Origin: Podarcis filfolensis
Taxonomy: Eukaryota
Length of the DNA: 64,000 nucleotides
Assembly: GCA_964270895.1 (NCBI GenBank)
Contig: OZ185435.1
Reading direction: 5' to 3' (one strand)
The notes under the pieces were generated by a model, which saw only the letters and a list, made by a program, of their open reading frames with translations, ran no database searches and was not told where the DNA came from. Of this stretch, positions 23,681 to 36,499 are shown one piece after another. The translations under genes and the position numbers were made by a program. Every line of letters starts with the position of its first letter. Within the stretch, counting starts at the first letter, position 1.

Positions 23681-26078
23681 GCCAACAATGGGGCTTGAAG
23701 TGTTTTGAAGTGAGATTTCAAGTAATTAACTGATGTGGATGAGATTTCTTGTGAAGCATCTAGTCATGTTCCCCTTTGCTGAAACCAGCTTTCCCCAGCC
23801 CACATGCCCTCCAGATGATTTTGGAGCACAACTTCCAGAATTAGACTACAATTTGGGTGAGGCTGGTTTAAACTGAGGCAAGTCCCATAACCTTCAAGAC
23901 ACTTAAGCTACCTGTGGTGTAGCGCAGTGTGGTGTTCTAGTAGCTTTGCACTACAACTCCCATTCTCCTATTGCCCGTGCTGTCTGGGGACTGATGTGAA
24001 TTACCCAGAACATCTGGAAAGCGCCGCCTGTGCTGTGTCGCAGTCTGTTTACGTTCCTAAAGTGTAGCCCTACATTAGATTGCGGCTTTGATGGTTAACT
24101 CCATTGGACTCCAGTGCAACTTCACAGTAAGCCTGCATAACAATGCATGGCTGAGCACCTCAGCTGTGTGCAGGATTGGAACCCTGCTGATGAAAATTTG
24201 TCTCAAAATGTGCCACATAAAACAAGCATTTCTAGAATGCTTCAGTAAGTGGGTTGCTTTTAAACCTTTTGAAGTTCACCCCACAGTTGAACTGATGAAA
24301 CTGCTGTTGCCTTCTGCCATCCTCTTGTTTTCTAAATGGCCGCTTAGCCCTGTGACCAGGAGCTATTGTCATGTAATCTGGGGATTATCCCCCCCTTTCC
24401 CCCCCATCTATGCTATTCTAGCACTTTAGTGTAGAAACAGATTAGTATTTCTGGTAGCTATAGCAACTCTATGTTGAATGTGCTTTCCTCAATATTGAAT
24501 GATAACAGGAACCAGCCTCCGTTCTCTCTGCAGTCATTTCAATGCAAATGAATCACACATTTTCCCTAACTTTTCCTTTCCATCTCAGCGGTTCACAACT
24601 TGCCGCTCGCATTTTGAGGTGGAAGCACAGAATCAAACGAAACAGCTGTTTGCTGCCCTAGAGGCAAGGAGTTAATAGCTTCTTCTCCTTCCATACTTGC
24701 ATCTCAAACCCTGGAAAGGAGGAAGATTAATGTTCCCAGCAGTTTCCCCTTTTAATTCTGTATCAGTATCTTAGACCTTGGGTAGTCAGTGTTGTGTCTG
24801 GGGCAAACTCCCTCAGTAAAGATGGGAGCAAGGTAATATGACCAGGTTGAAGGCACGTTAAAATTTAAAACACCTCCTGACAATGATTCTTGAGAGGTCA
24901 GAGATTCTCTACATGGTAGTGTTTACTAATGCAACAGCAAGGATTCTTTATATAAAGGAAAACCTGAGTTCACTTATCCCTCAACCACTAGATCAAAGTA
25001 TGAATGAGGCATGTTGGAAACAAGACTGGAATTTTATTTATACACATTCAGTGAGGGTTAAAGCTCAGTGATTACTCTGGGAAGGTACAACATTTTGTTT
25101 CAGTCAGATCACTTTACAGAAGTAATTAAGAACTTTACTTAAAGCTTTACTTTAAACCTGTTTCTAATTAAACTGATCCAAAAATGGTTATTTACTCAGC
25201 CAGTAAAACACTTTCAGACTCCTCCTAGAATCTTTTCCTTCCCTTCAGAGAAATAATCTGGGTTGCCCAGCCTAGCGAAACCCTAACCACCCAGCCAAGC
25301 CTTTAAAAGCCTAAAATCCACCTAAGCGCTATCTGACCATTTATGTCAGGTTCTCTTCTTTAACTCTCCACTCCCTCGTGATTGGTCAACACTCCCACCC
25401 CCCAACCCTGATTGGCTTCTGGGTCTCCAGGAGGTTGACCCAAGGTCCAGTGTCCATAAGTGTCCTCCAGATAACTCTTCCCATCATCCCTGACCATTGC
25501 CCATGTTGGCTAGGGCTGGTGAGAGCTGACTTAGATCTGTATGAGCCTTTCCATCACGAGATCTGGCTGGCTCTTCTCTCCCCATACCATAAGAAAAGTT
25601 TTCTGCTTCAGTTTTGTAGAATATTCTCTCGTGGAAACAGTGATGCTCTCTTGGCAGAAGTCCATGGCCCTATTCAGCAGAATGATAGACACACAGAGGG
25701 AGCAGGACTAGATATGCACATTTTGAAGCAATGCGATGAAGCAAGCGATGGTGCTAATACTTGGAAATCTTGTTGAGGTCAGCCACAACAGTTTTAAGAG
25801 ACGCTTTTAGAAACTTGTTTTTTAGCATATAACAGTCATGTTCCAAATTTCATTCAGCTATAAATTCCATAGATGGAATAAAGTTGCTTTTCTAGACTCT
25901 TCCTCACATTTTTACCACCATTAAACTATATTTGTGAGTCATTGCTGTTCTTTCCCAATGGTGTAACAGCTCTCATTTACCCTAAAAAAGGACTATAGGA
26001 AATTGTATCTATCCTAGAACATTTTTTTTAAGTTGCAGGTTTCCAAAGAGTAGAAAAGTGTTCCTTAACAGTTTCCAA

Positions 26079-26115
26079 TACATACATACATACATACATA
26101 CATACATACATACAT
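26079..26115. repeat. (TACA)9 microsatellite
   Basis: Direct inspection. Confidence 0.95.
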
Positions 26116-26499
26116 GTTTTTAAGCAGTCGGTCTCTGCTCCGTGCCCCAAACATGAATTTCCAACAGTCATCATTGCTATTATTTGGAGTTCAATAGACA
26201 ACTTTTTTAAGCTATAGAAATGCCATTTTTAAAGCACGGATCTCTGAAGTTTGGACTTGCAGATGGTAAAAAGAGTGTTCTGTTTACCTATTCTTCCCAT
26301 GCACATGCCTGGCAAAAGAAGCTAGAGTGCTTCCCTCTTCTACAGGAGCTTGGCTAGGGAGAAGGGAAACAACCTGAGGCAGAAAAGTGGAAGTGACCCG
26401 TTATTCCAGGTCAAAGACTTTTGCTTTTGTCCTCCCTCTGCTGAAGCCCTGGATCCCTCCAGCTCCTTTCTTCCTCATTTGTGATGGCCCTACACAAAC

Positions 26500-27465
26500 A
26501 GTCATGTGAGGCTGTAATTTTGGGGGCAAAGTGCCATCAGTATGCTAGTGATACTCGGCTCTATTTCTCCACAACATCTCAATCAGGAGAGGCTGTGCAG
26601 GACCTGGACTGGTGCCCAGACACAGTGGTGGGTTGGATGAGGAAAAAGAAACTGAGCTTTGAATCCCAGTAAGATGGAGGCGCTGTGGGTGAATGGTTTC
26701 CTGTGTCTGAGAAATTGGCCAGTTGCCGTCCCTGGATGGGGTTGTGATTGGAGGCCTCAGTGGCTAGGAGTGGCTTCTGTTTGCTTTGACTGGTGCAACA
26801 ACAGGATCGGGATAGCTTGTTGCACATTAATGTTCAGGCATTAATGACTTCAGTATTCGATTACTATGCAGGACTTCCCTTGTGCTTGACCTGGAAACTG
26901 CAGCAGGATCGCTGACAGGAGTGAGACCCTCTCAGCAAATCTTGCTCAGAGATCTGCAGTGGCTGCCGGTATGTTACCAGGTCAAGGTCAATGTGTTACT
27001 GTTACTACATGGCTCTCAACAACTTGGGGCCAATTTTCTTAAAGGGGGGGCCTCGCCTCATATGTGTCCAGTCGGCCACTTCAGTCTGTGGGACTAGCGC
27101 TTTTACAATACAATGTTCATTCCATGCTTGCAAGAAGCCAACCCTTCAGTGTTGCAGCACCTACACTTTGGAATTCTCTGCTCATTGATATTAGGGCAGG
27201 TGCCTTCTCCAGATGGTTTTCCTGTGCCTACTAAAAACTATTTTAGTTCCAGCAAGGCTACCCAGGCATGTAATCTTAACATGCAATTTTAATGCGTCAT
27301 TTTAGTAAGTACAACTGTTTTAAAATTACAGATGTTATTTTAAAGCTTAGTTTTTTATGTGACTTGTTTTTAATGATTTTTTAAAATTAATATTTTAGGC
27401 TATCTACTGTAAGCCGTTTAGAGGTCTTTTGTACTAGTGGCGGTATGCAAATTTTGTTAAATAAC
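26500..27465 (+). mobile_element. Degraded L2 LINE 3' fragment
   Basis: Remnants HQYASDT (YADD-like), LQWLPV.YQVK and an L2-type 3' tail; many frameshifts. Confidence 0.75.
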
Positions 27466-27579
27466 CCCATGCTCATTTTAGCTGGGAGCAAACCCCACTG
27501 GTTTACTTTTGGATCGACATTGTGATCCAACTGCTAGTAAAATATCCCGCCCACCCACCGGCCGACTTGAACGCCTGGG

Positions 27580-28660
27580 TTCCCCCACTCCCACCCTCTG
27601 AATGGCAAAAGCCATTGCACGCTTTGGTAAGAAACGATGCTCCCACAGCGGGCTGGGGACCCGAGCAAGCGCGTTAGAACGAGGCAGCGCAGAGAGAGGG
27701 TCCGGGAGCTTTTGCATAGGAAAAGCGAGGGGCGCATCGCGGGGCTTCCAATATAGGCGACCCCTGTTTCCGCAGACTTGCTGCAAAGCCCGCCCGGAGC
27801 CGAGTGCCAACCACCACCGGCAGCTCGCTTTAGCCCTCTCCCACCTGATGACGCGCTGTGATGAAAAACAGGAAACGGGATCTTGGGAGAGGCGGAAATT
27901 GCAGCACCAGCCGAGTTAGGAAGCCCCAGCAGGGGAAAGCGAGAAGACGCTGCATCGGGAGAGGAAGGCGCCTGGGCAGCCAGGAAGTGGGCTGGGAACA
28001 AAGTAAGTGGCAGGAGCCCGGCCAGGTGCTCCCTCGCGCCGCTCGCCTTTTGCGCCAGCCACGGAGAGGTTTCTCGGCGCAGCAAGATCCGCAAGCCGGG
28101 AGGGTCCCTGCCGTTCGCGATCCGCTTGCTCGTAGCGGGACTTGGGTCTTGGCTGGAGCGGGGAGGTGCAGCCGGGCGTGGGGGCTTTTAAAAAATAAAA
28201 AAATCAAGTGGGCGGGGGGGGGGTGCCTTGGTTCTGATTTCTGCGCCATGCGCACCATGGCCATCCCGGGGATCTAACTAGGGCATCGGCGCTGCAAGGT
28301 GGGGCCCGTACCTGGAGCAGCCCAGATTGAGATTTGTGAGGGGAGGAGGAAGGAGAAGAGTCGTATAGGGAGGGAGGAAGTGGGGGCTGGGGTGCCACAT
28401 GGCATCACCGTGGCTGGCTGGGTGGGCTGCCTCGCTTTGATCGCCCTTTGTTCTTCGTTGGCGAGGAGGCAGCTGATCGAAGGGGGCTGAGCTGCTCTTG
28501 CTTCCTTGTCTGGGACGCTCGTTCCCGAAGGGAGGGGAGCGCCTTCCTGGCTCGCTCTTCCGCCCGCGCTCCGTGCCTGCTCGTGGGGGCAGCATCGTGC
28601 TGGAGAGAGGACTGCCCGCCCCCCTGGGCAGTTGGCATGTTCCTGGGCACTGATTGCAAT
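27580..28660 (+). promoter_or_regulatory. CTTN: CpG island / CTTN promoter with CArG box, GC boxes, ETS sites and CRE half-site
   Basis: Abrupt GC/CpG-rich segment; CCAATATAGG 27748-27757, GCCCGCCC 27788-27795, TGACG 27849-27853, GGAA motifs; only CpG island upstream of the CTTN ATG. Confidence 0.85.
27885..28002 (+). other. CTTN: Probable CTTN non-coding exon 1 (start approximate)
   Basis: Donor AACAAA|gtaagt at 28002/28003 inside the CpG island; TSS not determinable from sequence. Confidence 0.6.
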
Positions 28661-30339
28661 TCAGGCTAGTGGATGTGGATGCGAAAACTGGATGGGCTTG
28701 TCTGGAGTAGGAGAATATCATTGTGTGGTGTGTGGTGTTGGATCTCAGGGGAAGGAAGTTATTTGACAGCTTCATCTTGGGGGTGCTGCTCCCTGCAAGC
28801 TTAAAGCTGGTAAGAACTCTGGCAGGGTGACCATCAAAATAACCCGTAAGTGTCTCTAGAATATGAAGCTGCCAGGCCATCCAGCAATGGTCCATCTAGC
28901 TCAGCATTGTCTACGTGCCTTCCAAGGTTTCTCCAAGGCTACCTGGAGATGCTGGGGATGTAACTGGAGACCTGAGTGCAAAATAGGAACTCTGCCACCA
29001 CGCTAATAGCCCTTCTCTTTGTCCTGTGATTGAACCCCACCCCTACCCACTTCTCAGCCATTAATGCAAGAGGGAGATGCGCAATTATTTTCCTGGAGCA
29101 TTGAGGGGATGCTTACTTGCGCTTGTTAGACGCATTTCCATGTTCATAACTGCCAAAAGGCCACGGCAGGTGAGCCAGTAGTTTATGGAGGCAGCAGGTC
29201 ATGAGCGCTGCCGCAGATCATGTGTCTGAAAACTACTGCCTAGCTGCATGTTATGTTCGTCCTACAGATGTTGATGTTTGCTGGGCCTACCCTTGTCATC
29301 CTGTGAGACCGTGTGCTTTTGGAATCCAGATAAGAGCACTGTTCAGCTGGATGCAGATACTGTCCTTTGGAAACAGCTTGTAATTCTGTGGTAGTTCATT
29401 GCCTGTGATTCAGTCAGTCACACAAAATGTTACTCATGGTGCAGGCAGAAGTTGGACTCATTCATTCTGAAGTCCACATACCACTGGACTATCCAGTGTT
29501 TCAGTGAAGAGTGCTGATTGAAGATGTTTATTTCTGTTGTGGTCATTGCTTTGCCTCTTCAGCTTTGCATCTAATTGTCTATGTCCCACTCTGTTTTATT
29601 TCCTACCTCATTGCACTTCCTAGAGCAGGGCTGGCAAGCCTGTGCCCCACCCCCAAATGTTCCTGGGCTACAGTTTCTATCAACCCTGACCAGTGGTCAT
29701 GCTGGCTGGGGTTGGAGAGAGTTGGGAGCCCAGCATTCGTTTGACCATAGATTCCCCCATTCCTCTTTTTCTAATCGACATGAGAAGTTGGGTCCAGACA
29801 AAATGTTACCTGATGGCCAAACCATGGTTTAGTGATCAAGAGTGTATTTATATTTTACCCAACACTAGTTGGTGGCAAACCGTGTTTCTGATATTGAACT
29901 AGTGATATGAAAAGCTTCATTTGCTCAGTATTTGCATGCCAGACTGTTTCTAAAGGCACAGAGAAGCCTGTAGTCCTAAAATTAATAGATGCTGGATGTA
30001 TCTGACTTTCTGACCCAAATGGCACATACAGTATATGTAGTATACCTGCATAAATGTGTACAAGTCAAGAAACTCCAAATACCCATGAAAGGGAGATTAC
30101 TGACAACGGTTAATTTAGGGTATTATTTTGAGGCCTGCTCTTTGCTCATTTAGGGAGGATATGTACACAAATGCAGTAACCTTATATTCTACAGCACAGA
30201 CCTATAGGATGGGTAGCTAATGTGAAAAAAATCTTCTGAGGCAATTGGGGTTGACTTGCTACACCACTTTTTACTTTCCTGCTATATAAAATACACTCTG
30301 CATGCCACCCTCCTTTCTTGACTACGGTCTGGATAAATT

Positions 30340-30445
30340 CTTTTAATGTTTTATTATGTTTTGATATGTTGGAATCCACCCAGGGTGGCTGGGGGAACCC
30401 AGTCAGATGTGTGGGGTACAAATATAATAATAATACAGTAATAAT
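30340..30445 (+). mobile_element. L2 LINE 3' tail fragment
   Basis: acccagggtggctgggg...cagatg...ataataataat matches the 54580-54650 tail. Confidence 0.65.
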
Positions 30446-31560
30446 ATTCCTCTCTGGCTGCTGAAGAATCAGTAGAACAAAGTAGCCAGCGTGTCTGATT
30501 GTCTGAGTTCTCTATTCCCCACCCCCTTACCCCTTTTCCAGAAATTGTGTGAGTCAATGACTCATGGATAACGTTTCTCTCCAGCCTGGTTTGAAAGAAA
30601 TTGGCCAGAACAGCAAATTGCATAGGAAATTTAAAGCCACTGAGCTGCTAACCATGTTCAGTGGAAAACTAGAAAGGTTAGAGCTGGAAAGGAAAACTCA
30701 ATATCTCTTGCGTCTGCAAAAGAAGAGAGGCTGAGATGTTGTCTGTTGTGCAGTACCTCTGATCCTCTCTGAATGTTGATGACTGTATGTAATCCCAAGC
30801 ATACTTACTCTAAAGTGAGCCTGGCTGAATTCAGTGTGACTTACAGAGCATTGCAGCCTTATTTTTGGTCTGGTATGTTTTGTGGGGAGAGGATTTGAGC
30901 TATATGGAACTGGGGTGGTCTTCAAACTGCCTGTGTGGGCAGGCAAGAAATTGCTCCAGATTGTCCACATGTCTTTAATTAATGCCCATGGCCATTTTTA
31001 TCCCAGTTGAAACTCATTTATATAAAGAGAAGCTACCTTTAAAATCACCCATTTCCATAATTGCAATAAATAATAGTAGAAGCAAAAACTACCTTGTATT
31101 GCAGTAAGCGTGCAGAGGTGAGCTGGCTAAACAGTTCAGCTTGTGTCATGCCTTCTCTGAACAGGCCTCCCTTTCTGTTGCTGGTTCACAATGTGTTTCA
31201 GATGAATGAATGAATCAAACATATGCATGTTGACTCTTACCGGAATGAATTTCCTCCTTTTCCTTTGAAATGGTGCCAGTAACTATTCCTAGCTGTGGAA
31301 TAATGGCAGGAGGATTCTTTAAAATGCATTCAGCTTGCAACAATGTGGGGTTAGCTAAATGTACACCCGTTAGAATTGCAGTTGTTGGCAGTATCTAACC
31401 ATAGCAAAGCCATTAACCAACCTTTCATTGGGTTAGAGGGTGAAGGGTGGAATCTATATATTTTTCCTAGCAATAATAATGTGATTCTTGCAGAACTATT
31501 TTGTACTGCAAGTATGAAACCTTTTTTATTCTAATGCCACTGTTTCTTCTGAAATTTCAG

Positions 31561-31644
31561 ATGTGGAAAGCAAGTGCAGGCCACACTATCAGTGTCAGCC
31601 AAGATGATGGTGCTGATGACTGGGAAACGGATCCTGACTTTGTG
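31561..31644 (+). CDS. CTTN: CTTN first coding exon [28 protein letters not shown] (NTA, DDW Arp2/3-binding motif)
   Basis: tttcag|ATG ... GTG|gtatgg; 84 nt. Confidence 0.96.
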
Positions 31645-32019
31645 GTATGGTTGGAAACTCTCTCTAAATGCTAGCCATGCTAGTTGGAATCAGAGCAAAG
31701 CAAGTAATTTAGGGCTTGCTAAGTCAAAGTCTGAGAGTCATCGGGAGGGACATGCTTATGTTTGTACGCAACAAATAAATGAATTTAACTGGGGTTTTTT
31801 AGCAGCTGGATGTTTCTCCTGCTGAAGGACTTGTTGGAAGAGGGCAGGATATGAAATTGAAATTAGCCAAAATGACCAGTGACAGATGGGAAGAAGCAGG
31901 GAGGATGCAATTGTAGGATTTGCTTTTATTACAGACCTTAAAGTCTCTTTCACCTCTGAATGCTCTGGTTCAATTGTAATTGCTGCTTAACCTGCTTCTC
32001 TTTCCTGTGTACTTTACAG

Positions 32020-32093
32020 AATGATGTGAGTGAAAAAGAACAGCGCTGGGGTGCTAAAACTGTGCAGGGATCTGGTCACCAAGAACACATCAA
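32020..32093 (+). CDS. CTTN: CTTN exon [25 protein letters not shown]
   Basis: ttacag|AAT ... AA|gtaagc; 74 nt. Confidence 0.96.
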
Positions 32094-32166
32094 GTAAGCC
32101 ACTTCTTTCATGCTCTTAAAACTGTGATTCTGGTGATAGTTTTGGCACGTTACTCCTTTTCTAGAG

Positions 32167-32458
32167 CAGAGGTGGGGAACCTTAGGCCCTGGGAACCAAA
32201 TATGGCCATTGAGCCCTCTCCATCTGGCCCTTGGGTCTCTTCCCAGCCACATCCTTCCTTTCTCAAGTGTTTTTGCCTGGCTGGAATGTGAATACTGAGC
32301 ATGTCTCTTGCAGGGTGGAGTGTATGCATATATAGAAACTAGCCTGCTGTGCAAAGCTAAAATGCATATCTGTTGCTCCTCTCATTTTTGCCTCTGGCCC
32401 CACCCACCACAAATATTGCCCTGAAGGGAATGCGGTCCTCAGCCTGAAAAGAGCCTTG
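32167..32458. mobile_element. Degenerate hAT-like MITE
   Basis: CAGAGGTGGGGAACC start, with ctaga-containing flanks on both sides. Confidence 0.45.
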
Positions 32459-33055
32459 CTCTAGAAAAACAGCAAACAGAGGCTGTGCGCACGTAATGGG
32501 CCTCATCTTTTAACCCAGGGCTCTTAACCAAAGTTTGAAGCTGGTCAAAAATCCTTGGCTAAACAGGTAGTTAACATTAGCTGCTGATAATATCGGTGTC
32601 GAAATGCCCTTTAACTTTGGGTAAGGAGTTTGCTTTAGGGAGAGACTGGGGGGGGGTATAAGCATGTTATCAGACAGCTCACTCTTAATCTCTTAATTGT
32701 GGTTTAGATATTAATTGCATGGCATGCTCACCAGCCCACTGCTGTCACTGTGAGGGCTCATATGTTTTTATATGTTCTAAAGGGAAGTGAAAAACTTCTT
32801 CCAGCTACCACCTTCATTGCTACATACAATGTCTCAGAAATAGAAGGGCAAAATTTCAGATCTTCTGCCCTAAGTCCTGTGCATTGCAGCCATTCTTATT
32901 TCTCTGGTGAGAGTTCAACTTCAGTCTAAGGCTGGGCCTGCAGCTGGCAAAAAGCATAGCCATATGTAACTTATCTGAATGGTAACCTAATGATCAGTTT
33001 TGAAAGGTAGATAGTATTGCTGTAATGAAATCTGAAGGTTATGAAGACACCAGTA

Positions 33056-33306
33056 CAGTCGTACCTTGGAAGTCGAACGGAATCCGTTCCGGAAGTACGT
33101 TTGACTTCCAAAATGTTTGGAAACCAAAGCGTGGCTTCTGATTGGCTGCAGAAAGCTCCTGCAGCCAATCGGAAGCCGTGGAAGCCCCGTTTGGATGTTC
33201 AGCTTTCAAAAATAGTTTCCAAACCGGCACACTCATTTCCACGTTTGCGGCGTTCAGGAGCCAAAATGTTCGAGAACTAAGTTGTTCGAAAACCAAGGTA
33301 CAACTG
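33056..33306. mobile_element. Tc1/mariner-type MITE (family B)
   Basis: TA TSD; TIR CAGTCGTACCTTGG / CCAAGGTACAACTG; internal palindrome gattggctgcag...ctgcagccaatc. Confidence 0.88.
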
Positions 33307-33639
33307 TAATGGCTTTCTGCTCTAAATATTGAAAACAAATGTTTCTTGAGCATGTGACACAGTTGAGGAACCAGTTTTCCTACTCAGCTCTGGTCATTTG
33401 GTCCGTGGTATGCTTCAAAACATAGTTTGGAAATTTTTGCGACAATTGCCTGTTCCTAAAGGCATGTTAGAAACATGGTGAGCCATAATAGCAGCATAGC
33501 TTCTGGCATTGTACATCGATGCTTGAAGTAGCTCCATCTCTGGAATAGTACAAGAATGCAGATTCCACTATCAGGTAAGGTGGCAGGACAGACAGCACCT
33601 GCATGTTTATTGCTAGGAGGAACAGCGTTGGATGAACGG

Positions 33640-33850
33640 CCCTTTTCTGAACAATGTCATGGGCTGTAAACAGGGTACATAGGGCAGTAGAAAATGGTGG
33701 CCCTTTGGATTACAGGTGAGTGGGGCCATATCTGGAGTACTGTGCTTAATTTTTAGTCACCCATGGTGAAGAAGGATGAATTCAAGGTGGAAGAAAAGAT
33801 GCAAAAAGGAGCTACTAAGAAGGTAGCAATAAAACAGGGATGGTTAATTT
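33640..33850 (+). mobile_element. CR1 LINE RT fragment
   Basis: gggccatatctggagtactgtgc = degenerate RPHLEYC motif. Confidence 0.55.
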
Positions 33851-34643
33851 AATTTTTTTCATAAGTAAATTTTTATTAGTTTTCAAATATTCCCCCAATA
33901 ATAGCCAAGTTATAACAATATCAGTTTGTGGGACAGATAGTTTAAAGGCAGCTCCACACAGTGTGAGATAAATGATACGATGAGTATAGCCTGTGACTTC
34001 TTGCACTTCGGTCAGCACAAGAAATCCTATTTTTGCCCTGCAAAATCTTGGATGGTTAATGAACTATCTGGACAGGATGGTGAAAGCACTGAAGTATTTT
34101 GCATTTCGGATGTGTAATGCACTGCAGTATTAGCATTTGAATTTCCTTACTGCAGACTTCTCAGGCAGGATTCAGCTAATGAGTCCCATCAGCAGAAGCC
34201 CCGCACAAGGACTTCTGTTTGCACAACAGGGATATCCCCCCCTGCCCCTTGTGTGCTCCCCAAAATTGGCTCTGGGCGGGTTGGGTGAACCTCAAGAACA
34301 GTGCATGGAGGAAGGAGAGGAGGGATTGCTTTGTTTGGCAAGCTGAAACGTTAGTACGACATTGAACTCCTCCCCTAGGTTTCTTCCTCTATTTAAAGCA
34401 GCAAGGTATGTGTGTGCAGAGGGGTGGGAATAATGTAGAAGGATTCTGAAACGGGTGTGCAAATAGTGGTTTTTATTTAATTATGGGAGGAGTTGATGTA
34501 GTTTCTTTCTCTTCCTAAAGATAATTAAAAATGTGAAGGGCAAAAATGGCACAGGAGGTGAGAGCTAGATCAAAGTGGCATCTTTTACTGCAATTTCTCT
34601 TGTTTTTAATTGGTTTAATTTTAATTGGTTTTGTCTCAAAAAG

Positions 34644-34773
34644 CATTCATAAGCTGAGGGAGAATGTATCCCAAGAGCATCAGACTCTCAAGGAGAAGGA
34701 ACTTCAAACAGGACCAAAAGCTTCCCATGGATATGGAGGAAAATTTGGTGTGGAACAAGACCGCATGGACAAA
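34644..34773 (+). CDS. CTTN: CTTN exon IHKLRENV...[17 protein letters not shown] (start of repeat 1)
   Basis: aaaag|C ... AAA|gtaagt; 130 nt. Confidence 0.95.
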
Positions 34774-36499
34774 GTAAGTGTAGAAGATTTTGCACGGCTG
34801 ATGTGCTGTGTATAGGCATGATTTGCCAAACAGGGGCCTCGTCAGGCTTTCTTGGACCCTGCCTCATGCTCAAATGTCCTGTCCCTCTTTCTGCTTCTGG
34901 GTGTCTGGTGCTATTGTTGCATTCCTTTGACAGGGAACTTGGGATAGTGGAAAAGCTGGTCTGACTTGACTTGGCAATCCGTCCAGCTCTCAGTTTTGCT
35001 TTCTAATTGCAGGGAAGTGAAAGTACCTTGTGTCATGTCCTGCTCCTGGGAAGGTGCTTAATATTTCCAGTACACTTTCTAAATTGAGGAAATGTCTACC
35101 TCACATACATAATTGACATTCATGCTGACTTCTCTCCCATTCATGAATCAAGCCTTTGACATCTTCTCCCTCTCTCTACAGACCCTCACTATCACTGCCC
35201 AATAACAGAGTTCTCAGGACATCCCGCGACAAGAACTAAAACAAATTCAATAACAAAACACTTAAGAGTATAAAGACAGTGGTGGTGGGGAAGTCATATT
35301 AAGAATATGAAGCTAAATTGAATTAAAAATAAATAAAAATAAAACCTCCTGCCTGGTGCTGAAATGACAGAAGGGTAATACTGCTGATAGACTTGAAAGC
35401 CGCTGAGAGGTTTAGGAGAACCCACAGGATTGAAACCCTCATGACTGCCTTCTGGGAAAGGTGATCTCAGAGGGCAAACCAAGACCATTTCTGTGCTCAA
35501 ATGGGCTAGAATGACAACTGAAATTGATTGAGAATGCTGAGGATTCTTGGCTTTAAAAGAAAAAAAGTTATTATTGATTGAGGCATAGAGGTAGTAGGAG
35601 TCTAAAATAAGAATTGCAGAAAGCCATTGGCCAGATTTGCTAAGAGATATGTTGCCTCCGTGCTTGATGAGTCAGTGTGGTGCCAAGTGGAATATACACA
35701 CTGCAATACTCTAGGCCTGCATTGTGGCATGCGGTAAATGGCCTCTGATCCTTACAATTCATGAAGGAGAATTGTGGTTAGTAAATCTGAGTGTGGGTTG
35801 CAGCAACCACAAGCTCTTACCTCAGCAGACAGATGATGAAGAGGAAAATCCCCAAGTATCTTAATTCTGAACACAGGATTTGAGGAACTAGCTCTTGGGT
35901 CAAGTTGAAACTACCTCAGCTGATGAAAGAGGCTATGATTTTACTAGAACTCTCTCTTTCTCTTTAAATCTGATCTGCAGGTTGACTTATGCAAACCTAG
36001 TACAATCATTAAATTGTTTATCCCACAGTCCCAATAGATTTTGTTTCTGGTCATTGCAGTTTGGAATAGAAACCTGTTGTACCTCCTCCCATGCTGAAAA
36101 CTCTGTTATTATTTTATTTTGAAACTCAGAAATGGCAAACTGTGCGCTAGAAAAGCTCCTGTTTGATAAGGCACATGCTTAGCATCTCTCCTGCTCTGCA
36201 GGAAGACAAATGTGGAGACCAAATGTGGAGGAAGTTGTTAATGCTTGATAGAGACTTTGGGAAAGGAAGAGAGTGTCTGGTGGCTTCCTGTAGGATAGCA
36301 GCACAACACAACATAGTGCACACTGAAGGCACAATTTTAGCTGAATTCTCTTGCAGTTGGAAGATGCTTTCTGGTAAAATAGCTGCCATAACTGCTGACG
36401 CAGTAATGGCAGCCTTTATTTTATTTATACTTTTTCTTTGTAACAATATTTAATATACTGACGACTTGTATAGAAAAAGTAGTGTAAAGCACATATACA

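Noticed and set aside
25378-25776. 132-aa ORF between PPFIA1 and CTTN
   Set aside because: Non-ATG start, no recognisable domain and no supporting splice structure.
27445-27452. Octamer ATGCAAAT upstream of the CTTN promoter
   Set aside because: It falls in an L2 3' tail; a single motif with no other support.
27478-28895. Many overlapping 100-205 aa ORFs on both strands
   Set aside because: They lie in the GC-rich CpG island where stop codons are depleted; the low-complexity R/G/A/P-rich translations show no domain.
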